Part shown: positions 9,701 to 21,099 of the stretch, piece after piece
How the letters are laid out: each line of letters begins with the position of its first letter
Position numbering within the stretch: the first letter of the stretch is position 1
From: Laetmonice hystrix
Lineage: Eukaryota
Direction: 5' to 3'
Assembly (NCBI GenBank): GCA_965235115.1
Contig: OZ249436.1
Span: 13,704,001 to 13,764,000 of the forward strand
DNA: 60,000 nucleotides
The notes under the pieces: generated by a model
The model's database searches: none
Seen by the model: the letters and a program-made list of their open reading frames with translations, nothing else
What the model was told of the DNA's origin: nothing
Program-made: the position numbers and the translations under genes

Positions 9701-12371
9701 GCCATTTGTTACCATTGCCTTTGGTTATCATTGCCTTTGGTTACCATTGCCATTGGTTACCATCGCCATTGGTTACCATTGCCTTTGGTTACCATTGCCT
9801 TTGGTTACCATTGCCATTGGTTACCATTGCCTTAGCTGTGCATGTAGGAATACATAGGACGGTACCAATAAGGAGGGGTTAACGTGAAGCCATACTTTCT
9901 TGTTTTTTGTTGTTTTTTTTTGCTCTCCATCCGCCTCATTCACTGGTGTTCCTAGGCTCGCACATAACGCTGAAAGGGTTGAAATTAAGCTTTTTTAACC
10001 AAATGCTTTTGACGCGTACTTGGCAGATGTTGTGCCCTTTGGCATATGGTGAAATATTCCTGTAACATGTGTGTCCTTCGCTTTCAAAAACATGAAGATG
10101 TGGTTTTGAACAGAGAACCCGTATCTCCACGAATGCTGTGGAGATCAAAATGCACATGGTGATAGTGACAAGGATTGGTGTTCATCTTGATATTCCGATG
10201 TAACCTACATTCATCTTCTAAAAATCAACGACGTACTTTTAATCCATGTCCAAGTTCATTTGTTTTCATGGCACCCTAGAAAGAGTTTGGTGGGGCAGGG
10301 GTATTGCTGGCTTCCAGAAGGGGAAGAACCAGTTCTTTCTCTCTCCAGTGTCTGTCCTTCAGGAGAAGTCCCCTTCTTTTCCAAGACTAATTGTGTAGCT
10401 CCGAGCGGGCGTCCCCTGTGTTGACCGGAAACGTCAACCTGTCCGTGACCTGGTCACATCCGGGTGTAGCGGTGGATGTAGCTAGGGGTCGAGCACACCA
10501 CGTCATTCACCGAAAATGGCGCAACCATTTCTTACTGCCGGTATACTTTATTATTTTGTTTCTACACGACGGTAGGTATGAGAGGCTACGCTGTAGAGAC
10601 AACCCCGCTGATTTCATGCTATAAAAATTAAACTGGAAGAAAAGTTCCGACTGAAACAAATTATTGTTTGACCACATTTGGTCCCGGAATGAAGTCATTG
10701 TGGCGTACCTATGGTTTATTTGTTTGACTTATTAATTTATTTACTAAAAATATCGAATGATTGGGTAATTTATATTAATGCCTTTTCAAGGTTCGTAGTA
10801 TATAATATTATTCGTTAACAGTGTTACATGCATACCATTATTCACACAGTAATATTTTAGTAGAATTAGGTTCCACTAACTCGGTACAGTCATTATATAC
10901 AATTATGGTGCTTCTCTGACGGTTAATTGTACTGATGCTTATTATAGGGTCGCTGTAATAATTCGTACAAATCTTCAATCTGCACGCAACATGAAACGCA
11001 AACATGTGTTATCAGTTCGGCAAGCCAAATTAAACCAAAATATGAAGCAACTCTGTATAAATATAATTATAGTCCCTACTGTAGGCTGGCATCCCATTGG
11101 ATGTGCCAAAAATAGACAATGATTGTTCAAAAACTGGGAAGCGCTGTCGCGTAACAGGATGTAAGGCTCAGTATGCTTGCGTTACTTGTTACCATGCTCC
11201 CACTTACTTTGTGTAAGATAATATCAGGACTTTACATAGTATCAGTCGCTCAGTCATTCAGGAAATACTATTATGTTCACCCTGTATGTGAAAGGGCATG
11301 ACCTGAACAATGGAATTGATATCTTAGGCAATAATAATTGCTTGATTGACAGCAAAGACAAAATCATCTCATAGCACTAATACAATATTAAAGGACAAAT
11401 CAGCTACTTTAATCATTTCTGGCTGTCGGCTTACGAGTTGTGCTGATTCCACTGCAGTGATCGTTCATTACACGTTATGTCTTACTTGTACACTGATTTC
11501 CTTAGCCTCTCCAACCTCTGTACAATGTTCTCACGGTAAGTGCAGAGTATGTGTCTCTTTACGGGCTTGATCAGAATGTTTATGTATTTGTTGTTGGATT
11601 AAACTGCGCCTTATATATTCTAGGTATGTATTTTGCGTGCATCATGTTGATGTGTTCGTTGTCAGTCGTCTTCACCGTACTCGTCCTCAATTATCATCAT
11701 CGAACTCCCGACACGCACGAGATGCCCCAGTGGGTGAGTAATGTGACCGCACCTTCCTTACATAATTACTCCAGTATTGGTGTTCATGTCTTGTCAAATT
11801 CTAAGTGATCAAACGTGAGTTTCTACTGCAGAGTAATTGTGGTGCTGCGGTGTAACTAGCCGGAGTTGCAGAGTAATTGTGGTGCTGTGGTGTAACTAGC
11901 CGGAGTTTTGCTGCACATTTCTAGGTGAAGAAAGGTGTGTGCGAGTGGTTAGCCTGGTTTCTACGAATGAAGAGGCCAGGACGAGATATTTCACGGAAGA
12001 AACTCATTCAAAATGCCAAGATGCGGGACCTTGAGCTACGGGAACGTTCCTCGAAGAGTTTGCTCGCAAATGTTCTCGACTTAGATGACGACTTCCGGGC
12101 TAACAGTACGCCTCATTACACAAACGTCAAAATCGGAAATGATGACAATTCGTTGCACATGTACCCTGGAAAAATCGAGTTACGAGAGATTCTCAAGGAA
12201 GTGCGTTTTTTAACAGAGAAGATGAAGAAAGACGAAGATTTTGATGAGCAATGTAATGACTGGAAATTTGCCGCAATGGTCATAGACCGACTATGTTTGT
12301 GGATGTTTACTATGTTTACCATAGTTTCCACATTCGCCATTTTGTTTTCCGCGCCGCACATCATGGCGTAA
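3619..12371 (+). CDS. CHRNA7: Nicotinic acetylcholine receptor alpha7-like subunit gene, 5'-partial, spliced: join(3619..3728,4183..4436,[6211..6405 or 6489..6683],8454..8540,11624..11733,11925..12371)
   Basis: Exons join in frame through GT-AG introns. They encode loop [10 protein letters not shown], Cys-loop [15 protein letters not shown], loop B WTYDG, loop C YxCC, GEK cation filter, M2 and M4. Exon sizes 110/195/87/110 match CHRNA7 exons 4/7/8/9 as I recall them. The symbol indicates family, not proven orthology. Confidence 0.95.
4183..4436 (+). CDS. CHRNA7: nAChR alpha7-like exon (CHRNA7 exons 5+6 equivalent) with Cys-loop and loop B
   Basis: tttcag| acceptor, G|gtgaga donor; translates [59 protein letters not shown]...NGEWQLV. 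Confidence 0.95.
6211..6405 (+). CDS. CHRNA7: nAChR alternative exon 7a (loop C, M1, M1-M2 linker)
   Basis: ctttgcag| acceptor, G|gtaggt donor, 195 nt, phase 1-1, no stops: [65 protein letters not shown]. Confidence 0.88.
6489..6683 (+). CDS. CHRNA7: nAChR alternative exon 7b (canonical alpha7-like loop C, M1, M1-M2 linker)
   Basis: tttctag| acceptor, G|gtaaga donor, 195 nt, phase 1-1: [65 protein letters not shown]. Confidence 0.95.
8454..8540 (+). CDS. CHRNA7: nAChR exon 8 (M2 and M2-M3 loop)
   Basis: ttccag| acceptor, G|gtgagg donor; 87 nt; [29 protein letters not shown]. Confidence 0.95.
9561..9832. repeat. Intronic minisatellite, 16-bp unit TTGGTTACCATTGCC(A/T), ~17 copies
   Basis: Direct periodicity; explains the repetitive three-frame ORFs here. 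Confidence 0.95.
11624..11733 (+). CDS. CHRNA7: nAChR exon 9 (M3 and start of intracellular loop)
   Basis: ttctag| acceptor, TGG|gtgagt donor; 110 nt; [37 protein letters not shown]. Confidence 0.95.
11827..11907. repeat. 40-bp tandem duplication in the last intron
   Basis: tgcagagtaattgtggtgctg(c/t)ggtgtaactagccggagt x2. Confidence 0.9.
11925..12371 (+). CDS. CHRNA7: nAChR terminal coding exon (intracellular loop, MA helix, M4, stop)
   Basis: ttctag| acceptor; [17 protein letters not shown] and [14 protein letters not shown] motifs; ends [11 protein letters not shown]. Confidence 0.95.
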   Translation: MKKGVCEWLAWFLRMKRPGRDISRKKLIQNAKMRDLELRERSSKSLLANVLDLDDDFRANSTPHYTNVKIGNDDNSLHMYPGKIELREILKEVRFLTEKMKKDEDFDEQCNDWKFAAMVIDRLCLWMFTMFTIVSTFAILFSAPHIMA

Positions 12372-14455
12372 CATCTGATTAACCTAGTTTCTTCATTTAG
12401 CGTAATCTGCAAGGATTTGTTTCTTCATTTAGCGTAATCTACAAGGATTTGTTTTGATGTTTTGGTGTATCAGTGCGCTATGAGAAGTCGATGTGATGAT
12501 ATCAGGCCAAGGTGCCAATCTGCGAACACTATCTATGTGACTGCTGATTTCACCGATCATCGCAACACGTGCGACAGACGCTGTGTGAGACTTGTATTTG
12601 ATCAGAGGTGATGATGAACCTCCGATGGATGCCCTAGCGGGACGTGTCTATAGGAAAACGGGTGTACATATAGACTTTTGTTGTTCTGTCGAATGATGAC
12701 GACGTCAATGATCGAGTCTTGATGGTTTGACTATTTTCCTCTGGAGTCTGTGTATTAGCTTTACGAAGTTCTTTTCGTCGGGCAAGTTTTTTAGAAGGAC
12801 GCCAGACTTATGTATCTCCTTCAACCGTTGATGTCAATCTTTACCAAGGCTAATTGGCTTTGTCTCTGGTCGAGTCTGGCCATACCTCAGCCTATACTGC
12901 ATAGAGATTCTCAACATAAGCGCCATCACTGTCAGAGTTCTGGCTTAAAAAATGAGCACAGATCGTGGTCACGTGATGGGCTGATGTAGTTCCATTTACT
13001 GCGATGCGTGGAACGCACAGCAAACTTTGGCCCTCGAGGCTGCTATACGACCGCTAGCAAAGGTGTTGTTGTGGTTTGAATCCGGCACTCTTTCCAACAA
13101 ATGATGAGTTACTCTGGGTTAACTGGAGGATAATGCATTATATACCATTATCATTGCTGACGTCAAGGGCTTCCCGGGTCAACGATTTTGTAAGATAACT
13201 ATTCCAAGTGTACAGAGTATGTGTATATATTCATGGTACCAATTATACGCGTAGAATACCGCCATATTGCCACATGTCAGATTCCCCCAGGTACGTATTA
13301 AATTAGTGAAAAGCTTTGCTTAAAAAAGTAAGACCCCAAACGAATGCTTACCTGTGTTGCCTGTGTGTATTGCATTCATATCAACGATGTAAAGTAGTTT
13401 TAGTTCAATTAATTATTTGATTTTATTACACTGAAAAAACTTTATCCATGACCCATGCCAGCACGAGTACAAGAAATAAGCTATACCTGAACAGGAGGCA
13501 TTCCAATGTTACCCCTGAGAGCGACTCTGCACATGTTAATTATTTTTTCCCATCTGTATTTTAAGTTGACTCAGCATAATCAGTCTGTAAGCCTTTCTAT
13601 AATCCGAGATCCTGTCACAGAAGAACGTTTACTTTTCTGCAAATAGTCTTGGTTATTAGTTTTTTCTTCTTATTTTCAGAGGTAGGCGTTGAAGCTCTAG
13701 TGTAAATAGGAATCGTGGCAATAATAATTGCATACCAGCCTCAACAAGTATCAGATATGCCAGGGTTAAGTTGTTTGAGTTTGTTTAGCACGCAGGCTAT
13801 GTAAGGTCTGCTGCTAGCACAGGAAGCCTCCAGATGAGGTCTCCCGTATGAACTCGGTGATCTTTCAGAGACATCATTCTGAGTTGGCCTTTCACGTGGT
13901 GGGGAAAAGGCAATCGGGTGCGGATCTCGAGCGGGCACGTGTGGCTGGCCGTGAGGAAAGGTAGCGTCACTTGTGATATCAACCATTTGCGAGAGAGAGG
14001 AGGCGGCGCCGTGTCAGCCTTTGTAGGTGATAAGAGGTACACGTGGCTAAAAGGCGAGTCTACAGGCCTCGCTTCTGGCGAGGGCGTGTTGATTCCTGTG
14101 GTAGGGATCCATGACAAGTAGCGCCGAAAGGTAGGGGCTGGGGCAAGGGGGTAACTTCCCCAGGGATTTTTGTTATATGATGGGACGAGGGCTCGGCACT
14201 AAACATTGACCCGGGGCCGTCCTGGCTCTTCGTGCCCCCGTCTCTGACAGGAACGTTGTGTTGTTTGAGGGCAGTTCTCAGAGACTTGAATACTTTGTTC
14301 AGTTTTTAATGTCTTAGTGGTGTATTGTGCCTGGGATGGGGGAGGTTGTGTTAATACCAAGGAAAACGTCGGAACGAAATGGCGTCTCAATGGTATTGAT
14401 TTTTAACCTATATCCGCACAGGGGGTCTATCATATTATAGGCAGTCTGAGTAAAG

Positions 14456-14895
14456 CCACAGATTACCATACACAAACAGATTGGAAACGGCCATAGTAAT
14501 GACGTGAAACAAAGATGGCGTCACAATTCAGCGATTTGTCAGTGGCGACACCATGCGTCGGAGGAGATAAACTAAACGTCCTCCATAGGAAAAGCATGGC
14601 GTGACAGGTTTAGGACAACATATCTGACAAATGACCTGCATTTGGTGGCATGTGTAAAAAAAATACGGTACTCGGATGCCCAGGGTAGCCATATTTTCCC
14701 GCTAGGCTACCAACCTATGTCCAAAATGGGACTGAGGACGTTCCCAGTCGGGCTCATGCATAACTTGCCATAGGCGCATTGTAGTTGATCTCATCCGTCG
14801 CCAGATGTCGCTAGTGGTCACGGGCGAAAACCGGAAGTTTCAAATCGGCCTAGGCCTATATCGTTTCCAATCTGTTTGTGTATGCTAATCTGTGG
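14456..14895. mobile_element. MITE, ~34-bp TIRs, 5-bp TSD TAAAG
   Basis: CCACAGATTACCATACACAAACAGATTGGAAACG ... CGTTTCCAATCTGTTTGTGTATGCTAATCTGTGG (1 mismatch); TAAAG at 14451-14455 and 14896-14900. Confidence 0.9.
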
Positions 14896-16265
14896 TAAAG
14901 CTGAGCTTTAGTTTCCATGAATTATATAGCTGAGTATATTCGATATCAGTTTCAACCCTGGTATAGGTAACCAACACATTTAGATCTAAGCATGAAGGGT
15001 GTATAGAGAAAATGTGATAACGGCAGTGAATAAATTTACTGATGGGAGACTCTGGTCCTTCACACTCTGGGCCTGGCATTTGTATTCAGACTATACAGTC
15101 GAAACACGTTCCCAGGACAACATCGCATATCATCTCCTGTCGGCAGTAAACGGCGACGTGAACATCGCTACGTTGTGCAGCAGTTTTAATTAGCATACAG
15201 TCAATGTGACGTGGTGTCAAATGGCACCCGGAAAGACGGCCTGTATACGGCATCACTTAGCCTACTATAATCTACCTGCTGACGTTACTGAGCCGCCGCT
15301 GATGTAACTATCTGCAGAAATGGTCGGTTTTGGAAACATACATAGTAACAACAAAAAGGTCTTACGAAATGGTAAAAAATGGTAGGCCTGGGTGTAGTTT
15401 GGTTGTATTTTTGTTAAGGAACATTATCGAAAATCATTTAGGCCTAGATGCACAACTCCGAGGGTATATAGGGCAAAAGCGTTGCTCGTTACCCTATAAT
15501 TCTGCAATGAATCGGGTAGAGGGTATTGCGGAAATCAGGAATAAGCTTGAGTTTTCCCGTGTCAAACTGTGTTGTCGTTGATATGAAATTTTCATAGAAT
15601 TCAATGTTTCTGCAGTCCTTTTATTCCCCTTGTTGGTGAAAAGTGTTTCCACAAACGCTACTCACATATACAAAGTGAAGGGGGGGGGGGGGGTCAGCCA
15701 CGTATACAAAGTGAAGGGGGGAGGTGGGTCAGCCCCTTAAATATGGCGGTCTATTTTACGTGTTGATACCAAGGCCACCAGTTTTGGGTCAACGATTAAT
15801 TTCTAGTTTACCTCAGAACCTTTCCTTGCGTGATTCTGTACGTGGATTTGATATTTAAAGTGGTTATGATTTCGTATTTTGACTCATGTACGATGTTGTA
15901 CAAACGGCCGCTTGTTGAAATTTTCACTATCAGTGGGCCCTTTCTTTGTCTCGCACACGTCTGTGATTTCATTTCGACCAATTAGTCTCGTGTATTAGGT
16001 ATGCCATTATCGACGTACGGTTGTTATATTATATACCAACTCAATATTTGGTTCTTCTACAGTTGTAGTGAGAGAATTATGCTTTCAAACTAAGAACTGT
16101 TGTGCGTTTTGATAATAAATTGTTTCCAAACCTAAACGTTTCCTCCTCTTGTATATTATTCGTGTGTTCATCGGAGTTTCTCATCCATCAACATTTATAC
16201 TTTGACATTACTCCCTTTCATTTTCAACATTGTGCGTGTATACATATGACACGAATTACATTTAA

Positions 16266-17623
16266 AGGAGAAGTCCAGTCAAAAATCACATTTGGACAGC
16301 TGCAAGCTTAGGCCTCTATATGCACTCACCTTTCAGAGTAGTGGTTGGAAATAAATGTCCCCCCATTCCAAGAAGTCATATGTTGTGTCAACCGTGTCAA
16401 AATCACTGGCTTGCCGGAAGTGACGTTCCGGGGCTAATCTATTGCATGCCGGGGCTAGGCTAGACTAGACTAAAGTAAAGGCAGCCGAGGCGGGTCGGCA
16501 AAATCAACGGGGGTCAGTCCCACAGTCACAGTCACAACTAAACAGGTCTGTGCTTAACTGCCCACAGGATCGAGTCTGACACTGCCAGCACCCGCCCGCG
16601 GTCGAAGCCACGGTCAGGGCCCGGCCCAGTGGCCCTGCGGGTGCCGTCAACATCACGAATGCAGGCGGCCGAAACCCACGGCTGGAGCTTGCCCAGATCC
16701 GTGTCCACCATGATATATCCCCTGACATCGGTAGGCTTAATTCCTAGCCATTCCTCATCACTATGATCGATGGTTTTCGTCTATGTTCTGACAAATTTTG
16801 CTTATATAAATAAGCTGTCAACGTTCGCTCAACGCAACAGGTGCATCAGTTTTTCGTTCCTCCCGAACTGGAGAGCAGTGGTTGGAGCATGCGCAATGTG
16901 AGATTAGCCCAAGCAGCAGACCACGCTCACATTCGCGCCCATTTGCTGAAATGAACGCTCATAGATCCTGCACGGGACTCTGGGCAAACCGCAGGGGGTA
17001 ACGAGGACACCGGGGCGAACTAGTTTCACCGCAGTACATGGAAGACATGGCTTCCCGCATGACACCAGTCAAACCGGCGGCGGTTAAGCTCAAGACAGTC
17101 AACCAGCGTAAGTTTAATTCAAGACCTGTTCAACAACATCAGCGATCTTGCCGACTGGCACGCACTACTTTGTATCCACGGTGTAGTAATTGACGAGTGT
17201 GACGAGTGAGGTGGCGCGGATGCTCCTAATCGGGCCGTGAGTGATATGTAATCTGTGAGAGTGCTTTCCCCGCACGAACGAAGATTGCCGAAGATTGCCG
17301 AAAGGACTCGAGTGTGAGAATGGGAGCAGACAGCTATGGCCGCCATCACCAGCGGATCAGGGTCTAAAGCCCGGGATACACGGGGCAACTCGTCGCATGC
17401 AACCGCGTTGCCTCAGGGGGAGGCGACGCGTCGCCCCAAAATCCAACATGTTGGATTTTGGGGCGACGCGTCGCCCCTCCCTCAGGCGACGCGACACAGG
17501 CAGATACACGGGGCGACTGGTTGCATGCTATTTGAGCACCAATTGTGTTCAAATCTTTTTTAAATTGCTTAGAATATCACGGCCTGTGTGCCTTGCCTGT
17601 ACACACTGGCGGTGGACTTTCCT
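16266..17623. mobile_element. Putative non-autonomous Kolobok/T2-type DNA transposon (TTAA TSD)
   Basis: TTAA|AGGAGAAGTCCA ... TGGACTTTCCT|TTAA; short imperfect TIRs with one indel. Confidence 0.5.
17368..17529. mobile_element. Truncated PIF/Harbinger-type MITE containing a perfect 54-bp palindrome (17422-17475)
   Basis: TAA|AGCCCGGGATACACGGGG start, internal direct repeat GATACACGGGG, palindrome ggcgacgcgtcgccccaaaatccaaca|tgttggattttggggcgacgcgtcgcc; no right terminus seen. Confidence 0.55.
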
Positions 17624-17676
17624 TTAATTGTCTTTGAGAAGAGTAAGATGGTGTTGATTGCCGCATTCACAGAGCT

Positions 17677-17724
17677 GAAGAAGAAGAAGAAGAAGAAGAA
17701 GAAGAAGAAGAAGAAGAAGAAGAA
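17677..17724. repeat. (GAA)16 microsatellite
   Basis: Direct reading; source of the poly-K/F/L ORFs. Confidence 0.97.
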
Positions 17725-18057
17725 GCTTTGCCCACTGGCACAATGGGACGTTTGCGCCACAACGTTTATCATGTGATATGTTCTGTGTGTCGAGCCTGAG
17801 GCGTCCTAATCTCATCGTATTAGCTTTATAGTCTTTATTTTGTCTATGAATGCCGATTATTGTCCAATTGTCCGAATCGTCATCATGACTTACATTATAG
17901 AGTATAGGTGGAGCCTCAGAGCAACCAATAGTGGTCTATGGCCCTGTGAAACTGCCGTTCAGTGGTTCCACCTGGTGTCAGTTTACTATTTGACACGCGT
18001 ATGATACTAAATTCTACACGGAGGCTCTCTTAGGATGTCAGATTTTTCACGTTTTTC

Positions 18058-18108
18058 TACGATACGATACGAAATACGATACGAAATACGATACGATACG
18101 ATACGAAA
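18058..18108. repeat. Imperfect (TACGA)n microsatellite
   Basis: tacgatacgatacgaaatacgatacgaaatacgatacgatacgatacgaaa. Confidence 0.85.
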
Positions 18109-18814
18109 TAATGTAGAGCAACACTTGTCCGTTATTATCGAAAATTTCTTTAAAGAATGTACTAACGAATCCCGGAGCAACGGGGCAGGTGTGACAGAAA
18201 CAGCACAGGGGTTGATCACGATATTAAAATATTTCTCAGCGAAATCACAAACCTTAAGGTAGTGCACGTTGTAGGTAAACATTTAAGCATACTTTTAAAA
18301 TGCATTTTGTCTTGATTCGTAATAACGACATAGCCATGTCATAATAATGTCGCAATAACGACATACTAAGTAACATTCTGACTACGGAGAACTCGAAATG
18401 GGAGAAAAAGGGGGAGATATTCCCAAAGCCAGAGATTGCTCCTACGCCATTTGACGAGGGTTAGGCTACGTGCATACACACGTGTATCATTGGGCACACG
18501 CCACAAAACGTGCACTGTCACGTTTGCGCGCATAAATTCCATGCAAGTCATGTCACCCCCTTTTTGATAAGTGTCGTACGGGCCTGAGATGTGTCTGTTA
18601 ATCCGGCAATTGTTAGCTAGGTGTGTCCAGTACCGGACACATCTAGCTAACATTTGCGGACATATATATATATTACGTTTTGCGGACATTATCTGGTATC
18701 GGACATAACTAGCCGTTCGGACATATCTCGCCAGAACAGGTGTCGATCTGTAACGGGTGATTCATCTATTGGGAAAATGTCTTCAGGAAGAAGAGGCGTC
18801 CTCTGCTCATGTAA

Positions 18815-19067
18815 AGCTGCTTTCACATGCATTCGGTGTGCGGTGTGCGGCGTGCGGTATGCGGCGTGCGTTTTTGTTAATAATGTAACCAATGTAAATC
18901 GCCGCACACCGCAAACCGGAGGCATGTGAACGGTTACATCTATTTTCAGTTGTTCCATTTGAGCAAAAACGCACGCCGCACGCCGCACGCCGCACGCCGC
19001 ACGCCGCACGCCGCATGCCGCACGCCGCACGCCGCACGCCGCAAACCGTGTGCATGTGAAAGCGGCT
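18815..19067. mobile_element. PIF/Harbinger (Tourist-like) MITE with TAA TSD and internal 7-bp CGCCGCA repeats
   Basis: TAA|AGCTGCTTTCACATGCA ... TGCATGTGAAAGCGGCT|TAA; subterminal 7-mers inverted between the arms. Confidence 0.88.
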
Positions 19068-21099
19068 TAAACCTACGGAACCTCATGCAAAATGAAAGGT
19101 TAGTACTTGTGTTGCCGCCAGGTGGCAAAGATTGAACACCCGGTTTGTTGCTCTATACGCCAGGTGTCAGCACTGTGGGTGGGCTCGCCAGCTCCCGTCA
19201 GATCGCGATGGTTGGTTCTCGATAGGGTAATGCATTTTCTCACCAAGAGCCATTGGTTGGATTCAAGTAGGAGAGTACAAGGCTGGGGGGGGGGGGGGGG
19301 GGGGCTGCGGGCACACTCCTCAGGCACGCAGGATACTCGTAATCTACTCACAGAGACAGCCAAGATCCACCTGCTCAAGATAAAATAACTCGAATAATAA
19401 AAATTGCTCGTGCAAGACAGATTAAACAACTTTGCGTAGCCCCAAGATTGCAGGAAAAAGGCACCACTTTAATTCGATTTTTTTTTCGGGGGCAAGGCTT
19501 CGGACAATGGTGGTATTCCCGCGGAAGTAGTGCCCCTACGCGAGTGGCCTGGCACTATAGTCGTATACGACTGAACAGGTGCATTTATGTTGTTTCCATA
19601 TGCGATTTCAATCCGAACAGTATTTATTGAGAACGGGCCAGTTAAACTTGGACTACTATTTTTACGGCCTCCGCTTTCGCTCCTATGGAGGCGCCCCATA
19701 GTGACTACTATTTTGGACGGACTACTAGTAATTGCGCCACACCGGTAGGCCCTACAGGTCTGTGACTCAACTCGACGATAGGTGGCGTGGCTGTATGAAG
19801 ATGGCGGCCTCTAACGTCAGGTTTCCGAAAGTCCCAACCCTTGGTTCTGTATTGTCCCGTTGTTTGGATTCAGTCCCGTTCACCCATGGTAATACAAATG
19901 TAACATTGGATAAGACTACCCCGAGGTAACGCAGATGGGCTTCCTGGTTTAGAGTGATTCCATCCATATACCAGGCAGCGTTATTGAGCATGTTTCTTCC
20001 AAAAATAGGCCTACTGACTGTCTAATTAGGGTTAAAGCTCAAACATGTTCGCATAGGCCTATATAACTGTATGCCGTATCTTTTAGTATTTTAATTGGCG
20101 TGTCCCTTTCCTTTTAATCATGTAGTCACTGCTCTCTATCGTATTTATCGTATTTATACAACCAGTATTGAGTTCCAATACATCAGTAATCTAAACAAAC
20201 CAAGAGAATAGGCCTACTGTGCAGTAAACTTTTGAGTAGGACCCGAGGGCGTACCTACGTCATGTTTCTTTATTGGAGTCATGTCTTTAATTTAACAGCG
20301 CGAAGGTTAACAGGGATGAACATTCGACTTTTAAACAAAAGCAAAAAATTGAAATAAATGAAGATTCAAACAAATATTCCTTCTCGTTCTGGATCAAGAC
20401 GCCCGGCTGAGTTAGTGTCGCCTTCTGTAGTTAGATGTCGCTGTCGTACCCGGAGAGGAATTTACGTGGACTGCGTGCTCGATCCAATGACGATTGAAAC
20501 GCCCTCCTGAGTCATCCTGTCTTAAATGTTGCTGTCAGACCTGAACGGAAATGCATGTGTTTCTACGACCGACTACCCTGCCACCTGCTGGATTTGATCC
20601 ATGACATCACGTCGGTAGTCTTGCTTACTTGGTGGCATCGTTTATTTTATTTTATGTTTTCACTGGTTTAATCGTTTAACCTTTAAGGTTTTTTTTTATT
20701 AAGGTTTATTTGATTATTTTCATGATGCCGTTTTTATCTTGGCCTTTTCCATAACCATCTCATGTGTTCATCTTGTCATTCATTTTGCGCATTTTACCCG
20801 TTTTAATTTTTTTCATTGTTTAAACCATTTCATTGTTTAAACCATTTCATTTCAATGTTTAAACATTTAATTGTTTAAACCATTGTAATTCACACATTGT
20901 TCGACCTCCCTGTCAGTCCTGGTTACTCTGTGCCTTACTACCTTCAGCACAAGTGTGTGGCCGATGTTTTTATAGATTTAAACATGTAAATGCCATTGTC
21001 AGTTTTGTTACTCTGTCCTGCCCTCATAGCCATCCGATCTACCCCCCACTCCTACACCAACTTTAAAGTGTAGGCATAAGCTTCACCAACGTCACCAGT

